This document shows, one piece after another, positions 7,887 through 15,314 of a DNA stretch of 34,775 bases (positions within the stretch are counted from its first letter, which is position 1; every line of letters begins with the position of its first letter). The DNA comes from a virus. Under the pieces are notes generated by a model that ran no database searches, was not told the origin of the DNA, and was given only the letters and a program-made list of their open reading frames with translations. Location of the stretch: IMG/VR virus record IMGVR_UViG_3300045988_044299, one strand, 5' to 3'. A program made the position numbers and the translations under genes.

Positions 7887-9350
7887 ATGGATAAACAGAC
7901 ATTTATCAAGAAGATCGCCGCATACGTGAAAAAGTATGCGGCACAGTACGGCATCAAGGTATACAGTCCGATCATCGCACAGGCGATCCTGGAGTCCGGC
8001 TGGGGAGAATCAAAACTTGCAGCAGTATATCACAACTACTTCGGGCTGAAATGCGGAACTGCCTGGAAAGGTAAATCTGTAAACATGACCACACAGGAAG
8101 AGTACACGGCCGGAACCCTGACAACGATCAAAGATAACTTCAGAGCCTACAGCAGCATGGAAGAGGGCGTGAAAGGCTACTTCGAGTTCATTCAGCTGAC
8201 CAGATACAGCAACCTGAAGGGAATCACTGATCCGAAGACATATCTGAACACAATCAAAGCGGACGGATATGCGACAAGCTCCAGCTATGTGAAGAATGTG
8301 TATGCACTGATCACACAGTACAAGCTGACACAGTACGATCCTGTGAAAAACGTGGATAAAAAAGTGGATAATGTGAAGTATTCAAGACAGGCAGTCGTGG
8401 ATCTTGTGGAAAGCTGGGTAGGAAAGAAAGAGTCAGACGGATCATACAAGTCAATCATTGACATCTACAACAGTTTTACGGGCAAACTTCCACGTAGTAC
8501 GAAGATGGAATATGGATGGGCGTGGTGCGCGTGTACCTGGTCAGCACTTGCGGTAGCCTTGAAGTACACGCCGATCATGCCGATCGAAATTTCCTGCTAT
8601 TACCTGATCGAAGCAGCGAAGGAGATGGGCGTATGGGTAGAAAACGACGCATACGTGCCAAACATCGGAGACGCTGCACTGTATGACTGGGAAGACACAG
8701 GAAAAGGAGATAACACAGGAAATCCGGATCACGTCGGAACTGTGACCTATGTCAATAAGTCAGCAGGCTACTTCGTGGTGACAGAAGGAAACTACAGCGA
8801 CAGCGTGAAGAAAAGAACCGTGTCCATCAATGGCAGATATATCCGCGGATTTATCGTACCGAAGTACGGCACGACCACAGCAGTCAGTGCTCCGGTTCAG
8901 GTAGCCGGAAAGAGCACTTCAACCGTAGCACACGAAGTCATCGCCGGACAGTGGGGCAACGGGGAAGATAGAAAGAAAGCCCTGAAGGCAGCAGGATATG
9001 ATCCGGCAGTTATCCAGAAAGAAGTCAACAAGATCCTGAACGGATCCGCAGCGACTACAGGCAAAACACAGCCAGCAGATCAGCCGATTACAAAGACAGT
9101 GAAGGCAACCTGCGGAGCTAAGAAGTTCAACAAGAGCCTGGCAGCGACATACAAGACAACGGCGAACCTGTACTGTAGAAATGACGCAGGAAAGAACAAG
9201 AAAGCCCTGTGCCTGATCCCGAAAGGAACGAAGGTACACAACTACGGATATTACAACGTAGCGAACGGAGTGAAGTGGTTATACATCACTGTCACCCTGG
9301 ACGGAACAGAGTACATCGGATTCTGTTCAAAAGAATATCTGAGCAAATAG
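7887..9350 (+). CDS. Multidomain endolysin: N-acetylglucosaminidase, CHAP-like domain, CW_7 repeat and SH3-like C-terminus
   Basis: AQAILESGWG glucosaminidase motif. Cys/His CHAP-like region (WAWCACTW ... DHVGTV). GQWGNGEDRKKALKAAGYD CW_7-like repeat. The C-terminus is SH3b-like. Confidence 0.9.
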   Translation: MDKQTFIKKIAAYVKKYAAQYGIKVYSPIIAQAILESGWGESKLAAVYHNYFGLKCGTAWKGKSVNMTTQEEYTAGTLTTIKDNFRAYSSMEEGVKGYFEFIQLTRYSNLKGITDPKTYLNTIKADGYATSSSYVKNVYALITQYKLTQYDPVKNVDKKVDNVKYSRQAVVDLVESWVGKKESDGSYKSIIDIYNSFTGKLPRSTKMEYGWAWCACTWSALAVALKYTPIMPIEISCYYLIEAAKEMGVWVENDAYVPNIGDAALYDWEDTGKGDNTGNPDHVGTVTYVNKSAGYFVVTEGNYSDSVKKRTVSINGRYIRGFIVPKYGTTTAVSAPVQVAGKSTSTVAHEVIAGQWGNGEDRKKALKAAGYDPAVIQKEVNKILNGSAATTGKTQPADQPITKTVKATCGAKKFNKSLAATYKTTANLYCRNDAGKNKKALCLIPKGTKVHNYGYYNVANGVKWLYITVTLDGTEYIGFCSKEYLSK

Positions 9351-9359
9351 GAGGATAGA

Positions 9360-9524
9360 ATGAAAGCAATCGCAACAGATCGAGTTCCTGATGGAGCACT
9401 TGAAAAGAACGAAGATGGGACTGTGAACACATACGACGCGAACGGAAACAAAGTCGGAACAGCAACTGCTGAAGAAGTAGCAGAAGCGGAAGCACAGATC
9501 ACAGAAGTGGAAATCGAAGAGTAA
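9360..9524 (+). CDS. Small acidic hypothetical protein (54 aa)
   Basis: TAGGAGGA ribosome-binding site 5-6 nt upstream of ATG 9360. A terminator follows. The ORF is below the length cut-off of the supplied ORF track. Confidence 0.45.
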   Translation: MKAIATDRVPDGALEKNEDGTVNTYDANGNKVGTATAEEVAEAEAQITEVEIEE

Positions 9525-9532
9525 AAAAAGAG

Positions 9533-9560
9533 GGCAGCGGTCAAAAGATCGCTGCCTTTT
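9533..9560 (+). terminator. Rho-independent terminator ending the lysis operon
   Basis: 7-bp GC-rich stem (ggcagcg/cgctgcc) with a 10-nt loop, followed by TTTT. Confidence 0.7.
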
Positions 9561-9635
9561 GTGCATTATGCCTCCGGAAGTGTATGGATCAGAGCCGGAT
9601 CGGAGCCACACAAAAGACAAATTGCACAAAAAAGA

Positions 9636-9687
9636 TATTTATACTAACTATTTGTAACCAAACGGTTAGGTATAGTTAGTATAAATA
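9636..9687. other. 52-bp AT-rich imperfect palindrome next to the integrase 3' end; candidate attP core or bidirectional terminator
   Basis: Perfect 16-bp arms (tatttatactaactat / atagttagtataaata) plus an inner pair taacc/ggtta, centred on 9661-9662. Confidence 0.4.
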
Positions 9688-9692
9688 AAAAA

Positions 9693-11084
9693 TCATAAAA
9701 AATTAATGTCCATGCTGCCGTCTTCATAGACTATAATAGATTCAACGAAAGACTTCCAGAAGACATTCTTTTCTGTTTTGCTGAAAGTACAATACATATC
9801 CTCCCAATTCTTAGAAAGCAGTTCCTGAACTGCGGAAAAATCACGAACGGGCGCAGATGGAACTTCGAGGCATTCTTTCAACTGGGCTTGCAGTTCATCA
9901 TACTTCTGTCTGTAAAGATCTTTTTCTATCAGATCATCAAGAAACAAATCATATAGTTTTTCTAATTTATGGCGGATCTTCGCTGCTTCGGCAGCAGGAT
10001 CCTTTTTTGATGCGCTGGAAGAAACGACATCATATTCAGCCATATAGCAAGAAAGCGCAGGACGAACATGATCGAGAAGATATTGTTCGATATATTCTTC
10101 CCGGTAAGTACGTGACCGATCGCAGAGCCGCGAGCTGGAATGATAGCCACAGCGATAGGAAACATAATCCTTGTGCGTGCCATCAGCAAGAGTATGCGGT
10201 ATAGTATAGGGAACGAGGTTATGCTGGCAACTGGAGCAGACGAGCAGACCAGTGAATATATAGTAACGTCTGGTTTTTCTCTGCCGGACGTTCTTTTTTG
10301 CAAGTTCAAGAAGATGATCGAAACGCTCCGGATCAATAAGCGGATCACAAAAATCAGGATCATCGCGGTACATGCCTTTATACAGAGGGTTCTTTAGTGC
10401 ACGGCTAACACCGTCATAACGAAGAAGAGGGCCGTATTTATTCGTAAGAAATTGAAAAGTGGAATAAATGCTGCCGCTGCTCTCAAAATGGTCAAACATA
10501 TCGAGCGCCCACTGTTTCCACTCCGGATCGTGAATGATATGCTTGTCAGCATCCAGCTTCAGGCCACGAGGAAGTCGACCGGATATATATGACTTGTTCT
10601 TTAGCTTATAAGCAAATACATCTTTTATACGATCGCTATCACGGTCACATTCGTCCTGAGCCACAGACAGACGGATATTGATATGCAGACGGCCGTTCGT
10701 CGTGGTAGTATCATAAGACTCAGTGATCGCCTTCCACTGTACACCGTTCACGTCGAGAATCTCCTGGATCTTGTGGTAGTCTCCGATATTACGGAACCAA
10801 CGGTCTAATTTTGTGAAGAGAATCATGTCAAAGGCATGAGCACGCACACCGTCCAGCAGGCGAACAAATTCTTTTCTTTTGGTATATCTTTTTCTGGCAG
10901 TCAGTGCTTCGTCCACGAAAGTGTCTACGAGCACCATATGATTCACTTCAATAAATTCATTCAGGAGCGTGTCCTGGGCTTCCAGAGTATCGCCATGCAG
11001 TACCTGACCTTCGTGGCTGCATCTTATGTATTTAACTACACGCAGGCCGTACAGTTCCGGCTGCGGATGAAAATATGTATTCAT
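9693..11084 (-). CDS. int: Large serine recombinase (phage integrase)
   Basis: N-terminal resolvase-type catalytic domain (YIRCSHEGQ), a recombinase domain, and a Cys-rich zinc-ribbon region (CSSCQHNL ... YRCGYH). ATG 11084 has an AGAAGG ribosome-binding site. The ORF track starts at GTG 11105. Confidence 0.9.
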   Translation of the reverse strand: MNTYFHPQPELYGLRVVKYIRCSHEGQVLHGDTLEAQDTLLNEFIEVNHMVLVDTFVDEALTARKRYTKRKEFVRLLDGVRAHAFDMILFTKLDRWFRNIGDYHKIQEILDVNGVQWKAITESYDTTTTNGRLHINIRLSVAQDECDRDSDRIKDVFAYKLKNKSYISGRLPRGLKLDADKHIIHDPEWKQWALDMFDHFESSGSIYSTFQFLTNKYGPLLRYDGVSRALKNPLYKGMYRDDPDFCDPLIDPERFDHLLELAKKNVRQRKTRRYYIFTGLLVCSSCQHNLVPYTIPHTLADGTHKDYVSYRCGYHSSSRLCDRSRTYREEYIEQYLLDHVRPALSCYMAEYDVVSSSASKKDPAAEAAKIRHKLEKLYDLFLDDLIEKDLYRQKYDELQAQLKECLEVPSAPVRDFSAVQELLSKNWEDMYCTFSKTEKNVFWKSFVESIIVYEDGSMDINFL

Positions 11085-11303
11085 AAAAAACCTTCTTTCT
11101 AACACAGAACCCTGAAAAGGGTATAAAAAATAAAGCTATGCAGCAACACAGCTTTATGCTAGAATAGAGGGTGTGATCCGTGTCTGTTCTTGGCGTAAAG
11201 CTGTGGAGCATAGACACATGAGAAGGGGCAGTCGTTGACGCGGCTGTCCTTTTTCATATTTTGACGAGATATGTGCATCCTACACTACACAGGAGGAAAG
11301 CAC

Positions 11304-11501
11304 ATGGAAGTCTTAACATGGCAAGCCAGGAACAAAAGAGGGATGACGCTGAAGCAGCTGGAAGCCGCCACAGGAATCGGGAAGACAACGCTGAACAATA
11401 TCGAAAACGGCCTTGTATCGCCTACGCTGAACCAGCTGGAAGCGATCGCCCGCGCCCTGGATGTCAAAATAAGTGATCTATATGATTCGGTTTACAAATA
11501 G
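11304..11501 (+). CDS. XRE-family helix-turn-helix protein (65 aa)
   Basis: HTH_3-type sequence (MTLKQLEAATGIGKTTLNNIENG ... PTLNQLEAIARALDV). AGGAGGA lies upstream of ATG 11304. Confidence 0.8.
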   Translation: MEVLTWQARNKRGMTLKQLEAATGIGKTTLNNIENGLVSPTLNQLEAIARALDVKISDLYDSVYK

Positions 11502-11627
11502 TATAGCAGGTTTGCGACAGCAGCAGTCGGTTTCTGGTGTTATTTCCCGAAATCGGGAAACAAGTACCGATCACCTTTATTCTTCCATAATTTGAGATAT
11601 AATGAAACCAGAAGGAAGGTGATGCGG

Positions 11628-11738
11628 ATGGACATACGCCAGAAGATCGACGCACTGCTCCAGAAGATCACTTCGGAGGATCAGCTAAAGCGGATCTACA
11701 GATTCGTAAAGTACATATACATACATACTCCGAAGTGA
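11628..11738 (+). CDS. Small hypothetical protein (36 aa)
   Basis: GAAGGAAGG ribosome-binding site 8 nt upstream. A perfect TATAAT lies at 11598-11603. A terminator follows. Confidence 0.35.
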   Translation: MDIRQKIDALLQKITSEDQLKRIYRFVKYIYIHTPK

Positions 11739-11744
11739 GAAAAA

Positions 11745-11774
11745 GGGAATCCATATGGGTTCCCTTATTTTTTT
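11745..11774. terminator. Bidirectional terminator between convergent genes
   Basis: 8-bp stem gggaatcc/gggttccc (one G-U pair) with loop atat. An A-run lies on the left and a T-run on the right. Confidence 0.6.
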
Positions 11775-12136
11775 GTGTCTTCCTTCAGGAATCGCTTCCG
11801 GATCTCCTGCTTCAGGTAGTCCCGAACCTGCTCCGGCATTTCTATATACATTTCTACCAGAGTCCTGTCCAGATCATCCAGATCGTACTGCGCACACAAT
11901 TCGTCGAGAACTGTCTGCGGCAGGTCGTCAAACATTTCCCCTTCGCCGTTCATTAAGAAATCATAATTTACATTAAATTCGCGACAGATCGAAAGCACCA
12001 TCTGATCAGTGACATTATTAACACCGTTTTCGATGCGGCTGACGGTCTGCTTTTTTACGCCAACTTTTTCGCCGAACTTGTCAAGTGTAAGGCCTAAAGC
12101 CTTGCGGACTTCTTTCACGCGTTCGCCTTGCGTCAT
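11765..12136 (-). CDS. CI-like XRE-family repressor
   Basis: N-terminal HTH (LTLDKFGEKVGVKKQTVSRIENG) plus a C-terminal extension. It is divergently oriented to the early genes. ATG 12136 with a GAAGGTGA ribosome-binding site is preferred over GTG 12145. Confidence 0.8.
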   Translation of the reverse strand: MTQGERVKEVRKALGLTLDKFGEKVGVKKQTVSRIENGVNNVTDQMVLSICREFNVNYDFLMNGEGEMFDDLPQTVLDELCAQYDLDDLDRTLVEMYIEMPEQVRDYLKQEIRKRFLKEDTKK

Positions 12137-12160
12137 GTCATTCACCTTCTTTCTGATTAC

Positions 12161-12189
12161 ACAATACCACGTTGAATATAAAAGGTCAA
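12161..12189 (-). promoter_or_regulatory. Candidate sigma-70-type promoter for the repressor gene
   Basis: On the minus strand: TTGACC, 17 nt, TATTGT. Confidence 0.45.
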
Positions 12190-12220
12190 CAAAAAAGTTC
12201 CGTACAGTGACAAAAATATG

Positions 12221-12249
12221 TTGACAAAGTTACGTAAAGAGACTATCAT
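12221..12249 (+). promoter_or_regulatory. Candidate early rightward promoter
   Basis: TTGACA, 17 nt, TATCAT. An 8-bp palindrome ttacgtaa (12230-12237) lies in the spacer. Confidence 0.5.
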
Positions 12250-12283
12250 GTAAATATACGGAACAGAAGGGAGATGAAAAGAG

Positions 12284-12529
12284 ATGTTCGGAATAAGACG
12301 AGCGTTTAAAAATGACGAAGAAAGAGACGAATACTTCGGGGTTCTGGAAAAGCTGGGAGAAAGGGAGTACACACCTGCCGAACTTAGAGAATTTCACAAG
12401 ATTCTGAAAAAATACGGAGGCGGACTCCCACTCCCGAGGCGTTATCCGTGGGTGCCGACAGTCATATCACTGGTTGCGTTGGTATTCAGCGTTGTAGTGC
12501 TATTACTGAAATTATTAGTGATCCAATAG
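12284..12529 (+). CDS. Small C-terminally membrane-anchored hypothetical protein
   Basis: 81-aa ORF with a GGGAGA-type ribosome-binding site and a hydrophobic C-terminal segment (VPTVISLVALVFSVVVLLLKLLV). Confidence 0.5.
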   Translation: MFGIRRAFKNDEERDEYFGVLEKLGEREYTPAELREFHKILKKYGGGLPLPRRYPWVPTVISLVALVFSVVVLLLKLLVIQ

Positions 12530-12779
12530 AAATCACTACCGAGATCCACCACTTCATATAGGAAATGCGAAAATCATAGATCGCTGCACGGCCTTGTGGA
12601 GTGGTGCGGTACACGGGTAACGAGTGAGAGGTCGCCGGACGAGAATAGCAGATATATTTTTGGTCTAACAAGTAAGATAAATTCTCACTATGTTCTTTTT
12701 TTATAGATTCTCCTGGAACGACCTTGCGACGCTTGATTTTTGAAAGAAGCCAGTATTGAGAAAAATCCAATTCAGCCAC
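12486..12779 (-). CDS. Hypothetical protein with a C-terminal transmembrane segment
   Basis: Strong AAGGAAGGAGGG ribosome-binding site 8 nt before GTG 12779. The C-terminus is hydrophobic (WWISVVISIGSLIISVIAL). Confidence 0.55.
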   Translation of the reverse strand: MAELDFSQYWLLSKIKRRKVVPGESIKKEHSENLSYLLDQKYICYSRPATSHSLPVYRTTPQGRAAIYDFRISYMKWWISVVISIGSLIISVIALQR

Positions 12780-12833
12780 GAGAAAATCCCTCCTTCCTTT
12801 GTTTTTTCAGCCGTTACTCAGACTGATAACTAA

Positions 12834-12862
12834 AGTATAGGATCGCAACAGAGGGAAAGCAA
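12834..12862 (-). promoter_or_regulatory. Candidate promoter for the 12779-12486 gene
   Basis: On the minus strand: TTGCTT, 17 nt, TATACT. Confidence 0.4.
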
Positions 12863-12886
12863 GGAAAACTGAGAGGAGATGAAAAG

Positions 12887-12973
12887 ATGAAATACTACGG
12901 AGTTCCGATCATCTGCGGGATAATCGGGGCACTCATAGGAATCGCTATATCACACGCAATAGGATTGCTGTAA
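12887..12973 (+). CDS. Possible 28-aa hydrophobic peptide
   Basis: Translation is MKYYGVPIICGIIGALIGIAISHAIGLL, with a GAGGAG ribosome-binding site. It is very short, so confidence is low. Confidence 0.35.
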   Translation: MKYYGVPIICGIIGALIGIAISHAIGLL

Positions 12974-13021
12974 TGATGGAACGGGTAATGCCAATACAAA
13001 GTAAAAAAAGGAGGAATGAAC

Positions 13022-13189
13022 ATGGCAGCAGTTGACAGAAGAAAAGAAACTGTAAACCGTAAGGCCGAAGACGCACGTGAGTTCGTTGAACTGCTGGAGC
13101 AGCTGACAGAAGCAGACAAGGAAAGAATCAAGTACGTTATGATCGGCCTGAAGATGGGCGAAACAGTTCGCGCAGGATTGACGGCATAG
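13022..13189 (+). CDS. Small hypothetical protein (55 aa), paralogue of 15522-15665
   Basis: AGGAGG ribosome-binding site. It shares the first 16 nt (acatggcagcagttga) and a C-terminal pattern with the second copy. Confidence 0.5.
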   Translation: MAAVDRRKETVNRKAEDAREFVELLEQLTEADKERIKYVMIGLKMGETVRAGLTA

Positions 13190-13250
13190 GATGTCCCCGA
13201 CAGAAATGTCGGGGAGTACATAGAAAAGGAGAAAACGAGGAGGGACAGGC

Positions 13251-13799
13251 ATGACAACGAAAGAACAGGAAAGACAGGCAATCGAAGAGATCAGAAAGAT
13301 CGTGGAAGGGCTTGGAGAAAATAGTTATGTAGGGTTTGCAATGGAGGGCGTTCTGGAGCTGGCAGAGGAAAACATCAGAGAAGACACTGCGTACAGTATG
13401 AAACGCTGCGCAGAGATCGCGCAGGAACAAACAGACGAGCTGAAGGAAGAGATCAAGACACTAAAGAAAAGAAATGAAACCATACACAGAGTTGAGATAG
13501 AAAACAAGGATGCAGCCGCCAGACTGAGCCTGGAAAACGAAAGATTAAGAAAAGAAATAAAAGAAAATCAGATCCCGGAAGAGCTGATGCACGAATGTTA
13601 CTGCATGGCATATGACAAAGAAGCAGGAGCACAGAAAAAGATGGAGCAGGCAGCGGATCAGATGGCAGAGGCAGCAATAAAAGGAGAAGACACACAGAGC
13701 CTTGCGAAAGAATACCAGGCACAGAAAAGCAACAGAAGAAGATACGAGAAAATCATGCAGCAGTTAGACAAGATAGAGAAAAGGAAGGCGGGAAGATAA
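13251..13799 (+). CDS. Coiled-coil hypothetical protein
   Basis: 182-aa E/K/Q-rich ORF with a GAGGAGGG ribosome-binding site. Confidence 0.6.
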   Translation: MTTKEQERQAIEEIRKIVEGLGENSYVGFAMEGVLELAEENIREDTAYSMKRCAEIAQEQTDELKEEIKTLKKRNETIHRVEIENKDAAARLSLENERLRKEIKENQIPEELMHECYCMAYDKEAGAQKKMEQAADQMAEAAIKGEDTQSLAKEYQAQKSNRRRYEKIMQQLDKIEKRKAGR

Positions 13800-13987
13800 T
13801 GGCAAGAACAAAGAAAAGCGGCTTCCGAAGATGTCCGATCTGTGGACACCACGCTGATCGGAAAGACATGCGGTACACGACAGACGCAAACGGGATCCGG
13901 TGCAGACTGGTCTGCTGGGACTGCTACGATCAGATCATGGTGAAAGGCTATGACGATGCAGACGTGAACGAAGGCTATGAATATTAA
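13799..13987 (+). CDS. Small Cys-rich (zinc-ribbon-like) protein
   Basis: Contains CPICG ... CRLVCWDC. Its start overlaps the previous stop (TAATG). Confidence 0.55.
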   Translation: MARTKKSGFRRCPICGHHADRKDMRYTTDANGIRCRLVCWDCYDQIMVKGYDDADVNEGYEY

Positions 13988-14002
13988 GCGAAGGGCACAG
14001 GA

Positions 14003-14332
14003 ATGGCAATCAAAAGAACGGTAGAAACAGACGTTTACTGCGATGTGTGTGGCGAGTGGATCATAGGCTGGAGATCCAACGACCAGGGAACCAGCAAACT
14101 ATGGGCGGCATATTTTGCAAGAAAAAAAGGCTGCACAGTTGGGGAAAAGGTTATATGCAAAAAGTGCAGGATCAAGAAGCGGATCCAGACATGCAGCATA
14201 CAGCGAAAAATCGGAAGTGCAGGAAGGGACAGCGATGGAAGCTGCATGGGATTCGGAAGCGAAACATCAGACGAGCCACTGGAGAAGTGCAAACGGTGTA
14301 TTGCGTGCACATCTTACCAGTGGAAAGAATAG
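14003..14332 (+). CDS. Cys-rich hypothetical protein
   Basis: Contains CDVCG ... CKKC ... CKRCIAC motifs. Confidence 0.55.
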   Translation: MAIKRTVETDVYCDVCGEWIIGWRSNDQGTSKLWAAYFARKKGCTVGEKVICKKCRIKKRIQTCSIQRKIGSAGRDSDGSCMGFGSETSDEPLEKCKRCIACTSYQWKE

Positions 14333-14346
14333 TTCAAAGGATAGAA

Positions 14347-14409
14347 GCCGAAACGGTCAGCAATGACCGTCCACCGGAGATAACCTCCCGGTGCTGACGA
14401 TGGCAGGTT
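14347..14409 (+). ncRNA. Type II hammerhead ribozyme, copy A (predicted cleavage after C14371)
   Basis: Order of elements: GCC, GAAA, stem III (cggtca-gcaa-tgaccg), U, C (GUC site), stem I (caccgg ... ccggtg), CUGACGA, U, GGC. The stem I loop aacct can pair with aggtt at 14405-14409. Confidence 0.8.
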
Positions 14410-14494
14410 GAAGTCAGGTGTTCAAGCAGAGCAACGCTATAAAAGGAAAATGCACTTCCGCAGGAAGCATGGATAGCGCAAAGGAGGCAAAAGA

Positions 14495-14806
14495 ATGAAA
14501 CTGAAAGAATTAACGAACAACCAGAAACGCAGAGACTTTCTGGAGGACTATACCGGATGGAATTTATGGCTCACTGTGCCGGATGTAAGCGAGAAGTATT
14601 ATTCGTATCCACTTCCAGACAACTCAATGATTGTAGTCAAAGAAACCGAACACGCAAAAGGTGATGACTGGTGGAAAAAGGATGAGCGTGGCGGTTATTA
14701 CGTCACCACAGAGTATTATCTTCTGGAGGGTGATTGGAAGAGATTTGCAGACTGCAAAAAGAGCAAGACACAGATTATCGAGCATCTGAGAGAAATCATG
14801 AGATGA
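14495..14806 (+). CDS. Hypothetical protein (103 aa)
   Basis: ORF with an AAGGAGG ribosome-binding site. Confidence 0.6.
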   Translation: MKLKELTNNQKRRDFLEDYTGWNLWLTVPDVSEKYYSYPLPDNSMIVVKETEHAKGDDWWKKDERGGYYVTTEYYLLEGDWKRFADCKKSKTQIIEHLREIMR

Positions 14807-14882
14807 GGAAAGAACAGGGACATCATGAAAGACTATGACAATGCAGATATGAACAAAGATTACGAATATTAAGGAGGGCAAC

Positions 14883-15239
14883 ATGTTTATTTTATCACAG
14901 AACAAAGAGAAGCTGTACAACCTGTCCGGACACATTGAAGGAATCGGGTACGAAGAGACAAAGGAGTATGTCAAAGGAAAGAAGGAAGACAAGATCAGAC
15001 ACACACTCATGGTGTATGACGGATGCTGTGAAGAAGTAGCAGAGTACGAAACAAAAGAGGATTGTATGCTGATCCTGTATGCGGTCTTCAAAGCAATGGA
15101 ACAGGGAGAGAATGCACTGGAGCTTCCAACACAGGAAGAAACGGCCAAACAGAAGGAACTTATGAAACAGGTTATTGAAGCAGGCGGCGAGATCGCAAAA
15201 GAAGCGACGGAGTTGCTGAAGGAAATGTTCAAAGGATAG
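14883..15239 (+). CDS. Hypothetical protein (118 aa)
   Basis: ORF with an AAGGAGGG ribosome-binding site. Its last codons overlap the conserved 5' flank of hammerhead B. Confidence 0.6.
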   Translation: MFILSQNKEKLYNLSGHIEGIGYEETKEYVKGKKEDKIRHTLMVYDGCCEEVAEYETKEDCMLILYAVFKAMEQGENALELPTQEETAKQKELMKQVIEAGGEIAKEATELLKEMFKG

Positions 15240-15241
15240 AA

Positions 15242-15314
15242 GCCGAAACGGGGCACAGGCCCCGTCCGGTCACGATGGCAACGTGATCGCTGACGATGGC
15301 AAGCTGAAAGCCAT
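15242..15314 (+). ncRNA. Type II hammerhead ribozyme, copy B (predicted cleavage after C15266)
   Basis: Order of elements: GCC, GAAA, stem III (cggggc-acag-gccccg), U, C, stem I (cggtcacg-atggcaa-cgtgatcg), CUGACGA, U, GGC. The stem I loop atggc can pair with gccat at 15310-15314. Confidence 0.8.

Noticed and set aside
11235-11265. Promoter for the integrase-proximal XRE gene (TTGACG ... TATTTT)
   Set aside because: Several overlapping weak matches have suboptimal spacing, and I could not single out one convincingly.
14047-14397. Track ORFs 14047-14397 and 14115-14366 running into hammerhead A
   Set aside because: These are alternative frames of the Cys-rich gene 14003-14332 with Arg/Lys-rich junk composition and no ribosome-binding site. 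The 3' part is explained by the ribozyme.
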